DNA of 64,000 nt from Nitrospirota bacterium (lineage in GTDB: Bacteria > Nitrospirota > JACRHJ01): the NCBI GenBank assembly GCA_021784575.1, contig JAJYHX010000001.1, forward strand, positions 413,917-477,916. The letters are read 5' to 3'. This document shows positions 48,493-58,114 of the stretch, piece after piece. Under the pieces are notes generated by a model. That model did not search any database, was not told where the DNA came from, and saw only the letters and a list, made by a program, of their open reading frames with translations. Every line of letters begins with the position of its first letter. Position 1 is the stretch's first letter. The position numbers and the translations under genes were made by a program.

Positions 48493-50928
48493 ATGAAGAT
48501 GAAAATGACGAAGACAAAAACGGTTCTACTTTTTGCGGTGTTCGCGCTTGTTGGCGTTGCCGCAGGGCTGCCCGCCGAGGCTGCGCCGGCGACCGCGCGT
48601 ATCGTGCCTGCGCGGATGCGTCCGCAGATGGCGGCGCGCGTGTTTGCGCCGGAAACGTCCGTGCATATGCAGAGGTTCGCGCCCGGGCATATGTCCATGC
48701 CCATGCGTATGCCGGCGCAGATTCGTCCATGGCAGAGGCCCGCGCCCGGGCAGGCATCCACGCCCATGCGTATGCCGGCGCAGATTCGTCCGATGCAGAG
48801 GCCCGTGCCCGCGCAGACCAGTCCGGTGCGGAGGTCCGCGTCCGGGCAGACCAGTCCGCAGGCGCCTGCGCAGAAGCCCGTCTCCGGCCAAACGTCCGCC
48901 GCCGGTCAAACCGCCCCGGCCGGTAAAAGCGGCGGGCCTGGCATAAAGCTTCAATGGAAGGCCCCCGCCGGCATTGCCGTGTCGAAGATAGCGGGGTACT
49001 ACATCCTGCGCGCCGACAAAGAGCTTGGGCCGTATAAAAGAATAAACGAAAGCCCTGTCAAGACGCTTTCGTACGACGATAAGGGCCTGAAAGACAAGGC
49101 GGGGTATTTCTACGAGGTTTGCACGGTTTTGCAAAACGGCACGATGAGCCGCCCCACGAAGCCTGTCGGGATAATTGTCGGAAGCAAGCAGACGTACGCG
49201 CCGCCGCGGATAGAATCCTTTGGCGCGGATTCCGCCGGGAAAGTCAGATATGCCGGAGAGACCGCGTTTTTCAACATGAGCGGGACTCCGGGAGACAACG
49301 CGGTTTTTTCCATCGAAGGTCAGACAGGCGGGATAACGACGCCCGGCACGCAGATAACGATGAAGGAGATAACGCCCGGCGTTTACAGGGGCGCATACAC
49401 CGTGGCGCGCGGCGTCCGGATAATAAACGGTTATGCGGCGGCTACATTGTCGGATGACAAGGGAGGGCAGGCTGCCGCAAAGACCGGCGCCAACCTCGAT
49501 TTTATCGGGATGGCCAAACCGGCAATCTCCGGACTTTACGCAAGCCGGATTACAAGCGACAGCGTGTGCGTCGGCTGGCCCCGCGTCGACACCGGCGAAG
49601 GATATTACAACCTGTATCGGGACACCTCGCGCATAGTGGACGCCAGCAAACTTACCCCGCTGTCTGCGAACATGAACACCAGCGTATCCACATTCATAGA
49701 CGATTCCGTAAAGGCGGGGACAAGCTACTACTATGTCCTGGTTTACGACGATCTTTCGGGCGCGCCGCTCGCCATAAGCGATAACCTGGAAGTCAATGTC
49801 CCGTGGATGCATGTTTCATTCGGAGCAAACTCCGTGCATGAAGACTCCGGAGGGAAAACCCTGAAGCCCGGAGACGTCCTCGGCGTAACCGTGAACACGG
49901 CGGCCGGCGGCAAGGCGGCATTCAGTATAAGCAATACGGCCAGCAACCTTGCGCTGACGGAAGGCCCGGCCGGGGTCTACAAGGGCGCGTGGACGATAAA
50001 GGAGGGCGACGGGATATTCAAGAGCAGGGTGGCCGTGAATTTTACGGCCCCTGACGGCAGACAGCATTCCGCGCTGTCCGCAACGCTTGTCTCCGTGGAC
50101 GCCCCGAAGGCAAATCAAGTGAAGCCCGCCGTTCTTGCGGCCTCCGTGAAAACCATTGGGGGCAGGAATCCGGTACTGGTCAATAGCAGAAATCCAGCCG
50201 GGATTAATAAGAAGCTGCCCGGAGCCGGGAAGCCGGTTATCGCCGGGATTAAAGGCAACGTCAGGGTAATTCCGGGGCCGCCGGGCAGGCCGGCAGCCGG
50301 AAAGAAACTTACCGTATTGCCCGGGAAGGCGGGAAGAACGTCAATCATCACAACCGGAGGGCTTGCCTCAAGACCCGGCGGTGTCATCGGCGCGGCGCAG
50401 GCGGCGAAGAGCGCATCAATCATCACGGGCGGGAGGCCTGACTCAATACCGCGTGGGCTGCCGTATGAATTTCAGAAGCCGGAACCCCGGCCATCTCCTG
50501 CTCCGGGAATGCATTCTCCGGCTTCGGGAATACAAAGGGCCGGCGGCTCGTTTCCGGGCAGGCCGGCGGAAAGCGCCGGAACCCCGGCGAACGCTGTGAA
50601 CCCGATTGGCGTTGTAAACCCGGCAGGCACTGTGGCCCCGATTGGCGTTGTGAACCCGCTTGGCGCTGTAAACCCGGCAGGCACTGTGGCCACGATTGGC
50701 GTTGTGAACCCGCTTGGCACGGTGAACGCGGCGGGCGCGGGGAATGCTGCCGCGGGGCCTGTCTCAAGCCTTCCGGCGCCGTCGCATGGGAAGAAAAAAC
50801 CGGGAACTCCGCAGTCTCCGGCTTCGGGAACACAGTCTCCGGTTCCGGGAATGCAGTCTCCGGTTCCGGGAATGCAAAAGGCCGGCGGCTCGGTTCCGGG
50901 CCACGGCGTTTCGGCCTTTGGAGACTGA
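48493..50928 (+). CDS. Exported FN3/Ig-like protein with low-complexity tandem repeats
   Basis: GGAGAG RBS, signal peptide, two FN3-like domains, two A-FSI..GVY-G-(Y/W)T repeats. Confidence 0.75.
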   Translation: MKMKMTKTKTVLLFAVFALVGVAAGLPAEAAPATARIVPARMRPQMAARVFAPETSVHMQRFAPGHMSMPMRMPAQIRPWQRPAPGQASTPMRMPAQIRPMQRPVPAQTSPVRRSASGQTSPQAPAQKPVSGQTSAAGQTAPAGKSGGPGIKLQWKAPAGIAVSKIAGYYILRADKELGPYKRINESPVKTLSYDDKGLKDKAGYFYEVCTVLQNGTMSRPTKPVGIIVGSKQTYAPPRIESFGADSAGKVRYAGETAFFNMSGTPGDNAVFSIEGQTGGITTPGTQITMKEITPGVYRGAYTVARGVRIINGYAAATLSDDKGGQAAAKTGANLDFIGMAKPAISGLYASRITSDSVCVGWPRVDTGEGYYNLYRDTSRIVDASKLTPLSANMNTSVSTFIDDSVKAGTSYYYVLVYDDLSGAPLAISDNLEVNVPWMHVSFGANSVHEDSGGKTLKPGDVLGVTVNTAAGGKAAFSISNTASNLALTEGPAGVYKGAWTIKEGDGIFKSRVAVNFTAPDGRQHSALSATLVSVDAPKANQVKPAVLAASVKTIGGRNPVLVNSRNPAGINKKLPGAGKPVIAGIKGNVRVIPGPPGRPAAGKKLTVLPGKAGRTSIITTGGLASRPGGVIGAAQAAKSASIITGGRPDSIPRGLPYEFQKPEPRPSPAPGMHSPASGIQRAGGSFPGRPAESAGTPANAVNPIGVVNPAGTVAPIGVVNPLGAVNPAGTVATIGVVNPLGTVNAAGAGNAAAGPVSSLPAPSHGKKKPGTPQSPASGTQSPVPGMQSPVPGMQKAGGSVPGHGVSAFGD

Positions 50929-50977
50929 AATTTATATAACTGGCCGTAAAGACATGGCGTAAAGGCATTGGGGACCT

Positions 50978-52813
50978 GTGAAAATATTCCCGACCCTGTC
51001 TGGGAAAATGCTCTTTGTAAAGTATTGGCCCGCGGTTGTGGCGGGGGCCGCGGTGTTTTTTGCCCTGTTCTCAAACCCGATGCTCTCTTTTGCCGCGATG
51101 AGCTACGGAACGGATTTATCTTATCAGCAGAACAGTTCGACCAGCGGCAGTATTACCAGCAGCAACGCCCAGGAGCGGTTCGGAGCCTATTTCGACATGC
51201 TGTCCGCGCCAAACTCCAAACTGACGCTTACCGGGATATTCCGCCTGGACGTTGTCAGGAATACGGCAAATGCCGGGAGCAAGAGCTTCGAGCTCGACCC
51301 GGATGTCGCCGTCAATATGTCCACCAGGGCGACGCAGATTGGCGTCGGCTACACGGATATTAACGTGACCAACAATATCATAACAAACGGACAGACCCAG
51401 ACCCAGACGACGAAAGCCACGGATATGTACGCGGACTCCGCTTTTGCCAGCGGGAACCTTCCGGCGCTCAGGGTCAGATACGACGCGCGCAACCAGAACC
51501 AGTCCGCCTCGGGCTCGCCGTCCAGCGACACGAAGACGGGAGCGTTCGACGTGTCGACTAATTACAGGATCGGCATAATTGCGTTTAGCGGCGATTACAA
51601 CAACCAGGCGACAACGACCAACACGACCGGACAGACCCAGGATACGACCTCTATAAACGGCCAGGTCAGCGCGGCGAAAAGTTTTGGAAGCAGATTTACC
51701 GCAGGCGTGAGCGAGAATTACAACTACGCGCTCGCCACCACTGACGGCCAGGCCAATTCCAAGGCCTATAATTCAATATCCGATTTGACTGCGTCATATG
51801 TGCCTATTGCCGGGGCGCAGGTTTCGGGGAGCTATCTATACAGGTTGTCGGAAGACCTCCTCAATGCGTCCGGCACCGGCAGGACCACCCAGAGCACGTA
51901 TTTCAGCTCGGCCAGTTACGCATTTCCGAAATATCTCCGGCTCTACGGTTCGTATATCCTGAACGACTCATCGGGGGGGATAAGCTCGTCCTCGAGCCAG
52001 ACGCTCGGCGGAATGGACCTGATCCACCACGTAGGCATATTTACCTTCAGCTCAAGGTACGAAAAGAGATTCGACACAAACAGCAGCCAGGGGAGCGCCT
52101 CGACTTCGGATACTCAGGACAACGTGGACTGGCTTATCTCCGCCCATCCGTCCATGTTCCTCAACATGGCCCTCTCCGAATCGTACGTCAATTCCTCGAA
52201 CTCATCCAACACGGGCAGTTCGTCAAACGAATTCAGGTTTATGACCAACATCGGCCCGATAAAGAACCTGTCCATGAACCCTTACTGGGACTATACGGTA
52301 TCGGCCACATCTCCCGGTTCTTCCTCGACCAACAATATGGATATGGTTATCCCGGTGATGTATGTGCTGAGCCTGCGGCAGAGGTTGATGATGAATTTCT
52401 CAGACATGTACAGGATGGCATGGGCCGGCGGCACAGGCGCGGCCACCACGTCTACAACCCAGAACAACGCGGTTGTAAGGCTTTCTCTCGCAAGGCCGCT
52501 GCCCAACACGATGTTGACCGCCGACGCGGCCTTCAACACCTCATGGGGCACCAACGCGCAAGCCGTCACGACCAGCTCATATTCTCTCATGGGAAGCTGG
52601 TTTGATCAGCCGCACGCGCTGAACTTCAATTTAATGTATCAGCCGGCGTCCTTGTCTCCGGCCACCATGAATTTGGCCGCGCAGTACAGCCTCGGCGTAA
52701 GGCTCAGGAACCTGGCCGTGAGCTTGCAGGCGCGGTATAGCTACTCACAGGTTTTTACATCCGAAAGGAACAATTCACAGGCGATTTACCTTTCGTTAAG
52801 TATCAGGAAATAA
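50978..52813 (+). CDS. Putative outer-membrane beta-barrel protein
   Basis: Signal peptide; many alternating hydrophobic/aromatic strands with S/T/N loops; no TM helices in mature part. Confidence 0.6.
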   Translation: MKIFPTLSGKMLFVKYWPAVVAGAAVFFALFSNPMLSFAAMSYGTDLSYQQNSSTSGSITSSNAQERFGAYFDMLSAPNSKLTLTGIFRLDVVRNTANAGSKSFELDPDVAVNMSTRATQIGVGYTDINVTNNIITNGQTQTQTTKATDMYADSAFASGNLPALRVRYDARNQNQSASGSPSSDTKTGAFDVSTNYRIGIIAFSGDYNNQATTTNTTGQTQDTTSINGQVSAAKSFGSRFTAGVSENYNYALATTDGQANSKAYNSISDLTASYVPIAGAQVSGSYLYRLSEDLLNASGTGRTTQSTYFSSASYAFPKYLRLYGSYILNDSSGGISSSSSQTLGGMDLIHHVGIFTFSSRYEKRFDTNSSQGSASTSDTQDNVDWLISAHPSMFLNMALSESYVNSSNSSNTGSSSNEFRFMTNIGPIKNLSMNPYWDYTVSATSPGSSSTNNMDMVIPVMYVLSLRQRLMMNFSDMYRMAWAGGTGAATTSTTQNNAVVRLSLARPLPNTMLTADAAFNTSWGTNAQAVTTSSYSLMGSWFDQPHALNFNLMYQPASLSPATMNLAAQYSLGVRLRNLAVSLQARYSYSQVFTSERNNSQAIYLSLSIRK

Positions 52814-52917
52814 AGAGTGAATTCAATCTTTAAAAATTTTTAATTTTCAAAGATTGATGTTGCAAATCAATTATAGCTATGATAAAAAGTCAAACTGGGG
52901 GAGGGGGAGCGTTTATT

Positions 52918-53697
52918 ATGCGAATTAGTATCAGGTTTCTTCTTTTTGCATGTCTGGCGGTTTTATTTCTTGCTGGTTGCGGAAGCGGGACGACCCGTCT
53001 TTTTACCAAGCCTATCGCCGAATCCACTTACGTGACATATCCGGAATGGGGCCCCGACTGCGACGTCGCGGTTATGCCTTTCGTGAACGTGTCCAAGGAC
53101 AAGGATGCGGGCCTTAAGGCGCGCGATCTCTTCGTTACCGAGCTCTATATCTCCGGCGCCTTCAAGGATGTCGTGGACGAGGGCCAGATGGTCGAGGTAA
53201 TGAAGAAGCTTAAGCTTAGGGAGACCGACAACATCGGCAAGGACACGCTGAAGACCCTTGGGGACAGCTTGGGCGTTCAGGCCGTCATATTCGGCACGGT
53301 CGAGGTGTACAACGAACGGTCCACCCAGGGCGCGCAATTCGCGGTATCGTTGCGCATGGTGGATGTCGATACCGGCCAGATACTCTGGCTCGGGGACGCG
53401 TCCAAGGAGGGCGGCGGGACGGTTTCCGAGGCCCTGGGGCTTTCCAGCGGCCCGCCCGTAATCGACGTTGCGCGCGACGTCATGAGCGGCCTCGTGGACG
53501 ACCTTGCGAGTGAAATAAGGGACAGGAAGGTAACGGGTAAAAAGGCCCTTGCGCTTTTAAAGAGAGAGAAGATGGGAAATGTATTGAAGGCCAAGGTGAA
53601 TAGCGCGCTCGTCCCGAACCAGCAGGCCGGAGCTGTGCCGCCGCCCGCCGTTAAAAGCAACTCCGCGGGCATAACGCCTGCGCCGGTCGTTCCTTAA
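52918..53697 (+). CDS. CsgG/PelC/GNA1162-like lipoprotein
   Basis: LAGC lipobox; VAVMPFVN, LGVQAVIFGTVE-Y, VSLRMVDVDTGQILW. Confidence 0.78.
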   Translation: MRISIRFLLFACLAVLFLAGCGSGTTRLFTKPIAESTYVTYPEWGPDCDVAVMPFVNVSKDKDAGLKARDLFVTELYISGAFKDVVDEGQMVEVMKKLKLRETDNIGKDTLKTLGDSLGVQAVIFGTVEVYNERSTQGAQFAVSLRMVDVDTGQILWLGDASKEGGGTVSEALGLSSGPPVIDVARDVMSGLVDDLASEIRDRKVTGKKALALLKREKMGNVLKAKVNSALVPNQQAGAVPPPAVKSNSAGITPAPVVP

Positions 53698-53750
53698 GAT
53701 GGGGTGGCGGGAAAATACCGTGATTCCCGGATGACGATGTTTCATTGTTC

Positions 53751-53825
53751 GTCATTCCCGCGAAGGCGGGAATCCAGTGACTTTAAAAATCGCTGGGCCC
53801 CCGTTTAAAGACGTCCGGGGATGAC
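53751..53825 (+). repeat. GTCATTCCCGC-family REP/MITE-like repeat
   Basis: GTCATTCCCGCGAAGGCGGGAATCCAG...GGGGATGAC. Confidence 0.78.
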
Positions 53826-53884
53826 AGGCTTTAAAATTCGCGGGCACGGGTATTAATAACGAGAACAGGGGTTTTAAGTATAAA

Positions 53885-55381
53885 ATGCGTATATCCATGA
53901 AGAATATAAAAACTGTTGCGGTATATGCGGCCTTCGCCCTTGCAGTCTGGGGCTGCGGCCACAGCACGGTGGTCGTGGGGCGCCGGGCCGAGATTAAAGG
54001 CATAAAACCCCAGGAGCAGTCCCAGCCTTCGGTATCGGCGAAGTCCGCCAAGGCCGCCGGCCGGAAACAACAGTCCGTCCTCGCGGGCGCAAAAGGCGGC
54101 GCGATGGGCATGGGCGGGCCGTCCGGCGCGAAAGCATCGACTGCCAAGGTTGCCGCCAATATGCTGCCGCAGTCTTCGCCGGCAAGGCCGCGGCCCGCGC
54201 CTCCGAAAGAGGAAGCAAAGTCAAAATCCGGCCCCGCGCCATACAAGCTCGACCTCTCCTTCGGCGGTTTCGGGCTTGGGATAGGGCTTTTCGATACGCC
54301 CGTGGCCGTTGCGGTGGACGACCAGGAAAATATGTATGTCGTTGACCAGGGTAACTACCGCATACAGAAGTTTGACCGTTTCGGCCTCTTCCAGTTCGCA
54401 TTCGGCAGGCAGGGCATGGGAGAGGGGGAGTTTGCGCAATCCATGACGACCCCCACGGCCCTGCGCGAGACCGGCGAGTTCGAGTTCAACAAGCCCGTCG
54501 GGATATACCTCGACCAGGACCGCACCAGGAACCTGACCAGGATACAGGTTGTGGACTCTCTGAACAACCGCATACAGCGTTTCCTCGTCGCGTCCAACGT
54601 ATCGGACTTCATGAATGTGTACAACCCCTTCGACGCAAGTCCGCCGAACGTTTTTATCATGCTCACAAAAACCGGGAATGCGGTCGATACGGCCCTGCAC
54701 GACAAGTTCCTTGCGGAGAACAGGCTCGTCATACTCGACCCGCTATACCTCCAGGACATTGCGGGAAAGGCCAACGCATTCCTGCTTACTCCGTTTATAT
54801 GGGGTGGGCTGGGCTTCACGCAGGGCCAGCTTAACCAGCCGACATATCTTACAATGGACGAAAACAACGTCCTTTGGGTTTCCGACACCGGGAACGGACG
54901 CGTGGAAGGCTTCAATGTAAGCGAGTCCAACCCCGCGGTCGATGCGACATATTTCCGCGAGTTCGGAAACGACACGAACCTCTCTTACGGCAAGGGCAGG
55001 CTCAATCAGCCGACCGCCATCGCCTACGATAACGAGGGACTCGGCGGGTTCCTTGTCCTCGACAAGCTCCCGGACGGCACTTACGCAATCGAGAAATTCG
55101 ACAGAGACGGCCGTTTCAAGGGGATATTTACCAAATCCGGCGACAAGGAAGGACAGTTGAAAGAGCCGGTTGACATCGCCCTGAGCCCTTTCGACAATAC
55201 CTGTTTCGTTACGGACAGGGGCAGGCGGAAGGTTATGGTCTACAACAACAAGGGCGTGTTCATGTACGAGTTCGGCGGCAACGAGCTGGCGGATCCGAGG
55301 GGCATAACGGTCTTAAGGAACGGCTATGTCTATGTTACGGACGCCGCCAAGAACATGGTCTACCGGTATGTCCCGCAATAA
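53885..55381 (+). CDS. NHL beta-propeller lipoprotein
   Basis: VWGC lipobox, Ala/Pro/Lys linker, NHL repeats (FDTPVAVAVD..YVVD.GNYRIQKF). Confidence 0.82.
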   Translation: MRISMKNIKTVAVYAAFALAVWGCGHSTVVVGRRAEIKGIKPQEQSQPSVSAKSAKAAGRKQQSVLAGAKGGAMGMGGPSGAKASTAKVAANMLPQSSPARPRPAPPKEEAKSKSGPAPYKLDLSFGGFGLGIGLFDTPVAVAVDDQENMYVVDQGNYRIQKFDRFGLFQFAFGRQGMGEGEFAQSMTTPTALRETGEFEFNKPVGIYLDQDRTRNLTRIQVVDSLNNRIQRFLVASNVSDFMNVYNPFDASPPNVFIMLTKTGNAVDTALHDKFLAENRLVILDPLYLQDIAGKANAFLLTPFIWGGLGFTQGQLNQPTYLTMDENNVLWVSDTGNGRVEGFNVSESNPAVDATYFREFGNDTNLSYGKGRLNQPTAIAYDNEGLGGFLVLDKLPDGTYAIEKFDRDGRFKGIFTKSGDKEGQLKEPVDIALSPFDNTCFVTDRGRRKVMVYNNKGVFMYEFGGNELADPRGITVLRNGYVYVTDAAKNMVYRYVPQ

Positions 55382-56624
55382 GCCTGTAATTGTCCTCTTT
55401 GCGCTGTTTTTGTTTGTCTTAGCAATCCCTCTCGCAAGGTCAGCGGCTGCCGGAACGAAGGCGCGGAATGGTGTCACATCCGGGGCCGGCTCTCCGCGGG
55501 ACCGCTCCCACGCAGGGTCAAAGACCGACAAAGTGAAGACGCAGGGCAAAGGCGTGCTCGTGCTCGTGCCCGAGAACCTTTCCGCCGTCTACTCCGAAAC
55601 CGAGCTCTCCGGGGCCCGGCGGCGCGAGGTCTCTGTCCAATCCACCACAGAAGGAGAGATTTCGGTGGTGGGAATAGCGGACGGCAAGCCGGAGATAGAG
55701 ATAGTAAATAACGGCAGGTCCAAGGTAACGCCGGTATTTTACGGCAAGTATTTCCACGCGCAGATTATCCTGTCGCTCGGCGAGAACATGATAAGCGTGC
55801 GCTGGAGAAGGAAGGGCGGGGACTGGAATGTCCAGACCATTTCGCTTTTCCGCTCCTCCAGGATGCTCGGCGCGCCGGTTGTAAACTACCCGCCTTATTC
55901 CTTTCACACTCCCAAGAACGAAGAGCAGTGCCAGGAGTGCCACCAGATGCAGCTTACGCGTAAGGAAATAGAAACGGCAAGGGACTTGAGCTGCCTTAAG
56001 TGCCATGCCGACCTGACGAGCAATATTTACGTCCACGGCCCGGTAAACGTGGGCATATGCACGGTATGCCACGACCCGAACAGCAAGCCGAACAAATACA
56101 AGGTGGAGGAAGGCGACAAGACACTGTGCTACTCCTGCCACACGGACAGGGAGAAGATAGACGACAAGATGAAGCGCGAGCACGGCCCCGTAGGCGCGGG
56201 GCTTTGCACTGTATGCCACGACCCTCACGGCTCGCCATTCAGGTATCAGCTTGTTAAATCCAAAAACGAGATATGCCTGATGTGCCATCAGAGCGATGCG
56301 AACCACTGGCTAAACCAAAGCAGCCTTCATCCGCCGTTTAAAAAGGGAGAATGCTACAGGTGCCACGACCCTCATTCCGCGAACTATAAATACAACCTCA
56401 AGGCCGACAGGAAGCATATCTGCTTGATTTGTCATACCCTTCCCATACCCGGCCATCTTCACGACCCGGGCAAGGTGCCGCTTTTCAAGCTGCCGCCGGA
56501 TTTTCCCCTTACAAAACATGGGAAAACGATGTGTCTGACCTGCCACTCCCCACATGGCGCCATAGGCCCGCACCTGACCCGCCGGAGGGGTTGCAAGGGC
56601 TGCCATCCGGACAAGGACTCGTAG
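55368..56624 (+). CDS. Decaheme paired-CxxCH cytochrome (DmsE/MtrA-like repeats) with N-terminal non-heme domain
   Basis: 10 CxxCH; HGPV..CTVCHDPH..LCxxCH repeats; signal peptide. Confidence 0.88.
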   Translation: MSRNKPVIVLFALFLFVLAIPLARSAAAGTKARNGVTSGAGSPRDRSHAGSKTDKVKTQGKGVLVLVPENLSAVYSETELSGARRREVSVQSTTEGEISVVGIADGKPEIEIVNNGRSKVTPVFYGKYFHAQIILSLGENMISVRWRRKGGDWNVQTISLFRSSRMLGAPVVNYPPYSFHTPKNEEQCQECHQMQLTRKEIETARDLSCLKCHADLTSNIYVHGPVNVGICTVCHDPNSKPNKYKVEEGDKTLCYSCHTDREKIDDKMKREHGPVGAGLCTVCHDPHGSPFRYQLVKSKNEICLMCHQSDANHWLNQSSLHPPFKKGECYRCHDPHSANYKYNLKADRKHICLICHTLPIPGHLHDPGKVPLFKLPPDFPLTKHGKTMCLTCHSPHGAIGPHLTRRRGCKGCHPDKDS

Positions 56625-56646
56625 GCCGGCCGCTCGGTTTCAAAAT

Positions 56647-56678
56647 AAAAAAAGCCCCGTAAAAACGGGGCCTTTTTT
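56647..56678. terminator. Bidirectional intrinsic terminator
   Basis: A7-GCCCCGT-AAAA-ACGGGGC-C-T6 between convergent genes. Confidence 0.82.
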
Positions 56679-56690
56679 ATGTCTTTCCGG

Positions 56691-56837
56691 TCAGTCCTTC
56701 TTGCCGATTTTAAAAATTTTGGTTCCGCATACCGGGCATTTGCCTTCGACGGCGGGTTTTCCGTTCTTCATCGTAATCTCTTTTGCGTCGCTAATATCCC
56801 GTTTTTCCTTGCATTTTACGCAATATCCGCTTGTCAT
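56691..56837 (-). CDS. 48-aa zinc-ribbon protein (DUF5679-like), absent from ORF track
   Basis: AAAGGAGG RBS; MTSGYCVKCKEKR...MKNGKPAVEGKCPVCGTKIFKIGKKD. Confidence 0.85.
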   Translation of the reverse strand: MTSGYCVKCKEKRDISDAKEITMKNGKPAVEGKCPVCGTKIFKIGKKD

Positions 56838-57109
56838 CGCCCCTCCTTTGAAGTGGATTTATTTCCTCAATACTACCACTAAATTTCTATAAATCAATTT
56901 GTTTTTCATGGAGTTTCATGCGCCGCGAAACGCACCATCCCATCGCCCGGTTTTTGGGCGCGGAACAGATCTAAAAAATGGCCGTTTTCGGGCAATTTCG
57001 GGGCAAAACGGGGGCGCGGGGAGGGGACGTTTCCCTGCGGTAATTTAGTAAATTCCTCTTATTCCACAATGTGTTGCGGTTCATATAAATATTTATCGCG
57101 TTTATATAC

Positions 57110-57138
57110 TTGACAAACCCAAATAATTCTGGTAGAGT
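57110..57138 (+). promoter_or_regulatory. Transposase promoter starting within IRL
   Basis: TTGACA-N17-TAGAGT. Confidence 0.6.
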
Positions 57139-57175
57139 TTAAACATTCTAAACATTCATTCGTCTAAAGGGAGCT

Positions 57176-58114
57176 ATGGAAACCAAGAATAAGATTACTC
57201 TACCGGAACTTGCAACTTACTTCCACAATGAGGATGCCGCGCGGGAATTCCTTGAGAAACTCCGTTGGCCGGACGGCGTGGTCTGCCCGCATTGCGGCTC
57301 TATCAATGAACATTATCGGATTGTGCCAAAAGAAGGCTCCAAGACCCGCAAGGGCCTTTGGAAGTGTAAGGACTGCCGCAAGCAGTTCAGCGTTACGGTA
57401 GGAACCGTTTTTGAAGGCTCTCATATTCCCATTCATATCTGGCTTTATGCTATCCATGAAATGAGTTCCGCTAAAAAAGGCGTGAGCGCGCACCAGCTTC
57501 ACCGGAAACTTGGGATAACCTATAAATCCGCTTGGTTTATGGCACATCGGATAAGATTTATAATGGAAGGTGATACGCCGTTAGCCGAGAAAATGAAGGG
57601 CATCGTTGAATGCGATGAAACGTATGTAGGGGGAAAAGGGAAGGGGCTTGGCAAGAAATTCTGTGGTCGTGGAACTCTCAAGACTCCTGTCTTTGCACTC
57701 GTTGAAAGGGATGGTCGTGTTAAATCTCAGGTTGTGGAGCGCGTAACCGGTAAGAATTTAAAGGGTATAATCAAGAAAAACGTCGAAACCGCTTCCACGA
57801 TAATGACGGACGATTTCAAGTCCTATAAAGGGTTAAACAAGATATTTTATGCTCATAAGGTGGTAGAGCACGGCAAGAAGATTTACAGTAAGCCCGGTGG
57901 AATTCACACCAACACAATTGAAGGCTATTTTTCTATCCTGAAACGTGGTATAGTTGGCGTATACCAGCACGTCGGCAAACAGCACCTTGACAGGTATCTC
58001 GCCGAATTTGATTTCAGATACAATGCCCGCAAGGTTACGGATGGGGAGCGTGCCGTATTAGCTCTCAAGGGCATTGAAGGAAAGCGGCTGATGTATCGGG
58101 ACTCATCGCTATGA
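57176..58114 (+). CDS. IS1595-family DDE transposase
   Basis: RWPDG-CPHC...CKDC zinc finger, ECDETYVGG, IMTD, HTNTIEG, YLAEFDFRYN. Confidence 0.95.
   Translation: METKNKITLPELATYFHNEDAAREFLEKLRWPDGVVCPHCGSINEHYRIVPKEGSKTRKGLWKCKDCRKQFSVTVGTVFEGSHIPIHIWLYAIHEMSSAKKGVSAHQLHRKLGITYKSAWFMAHRIRFIMEGDTPLAEKMKGIVECDETYVGGKGKGLGKKFCGRGTLKTPVFALVERDGRVKSQVVERVTGKNLKGIIKKNVETASTIMTDDFKSYKGLNKIFYAHKVVEHGKKIYSKPGGIHTNTIEGYFSILKRGIVGVYQHVGKQHLDRYLAEFDFRYNARKVTDGERAVLALKGIEGKRLMYRDSSL

Noticed and set aside
57059-57080. DnaA-box-like or NrdR-box-like sequence
   Set aside because: Single imperfect match with no relevant neighbouring genes
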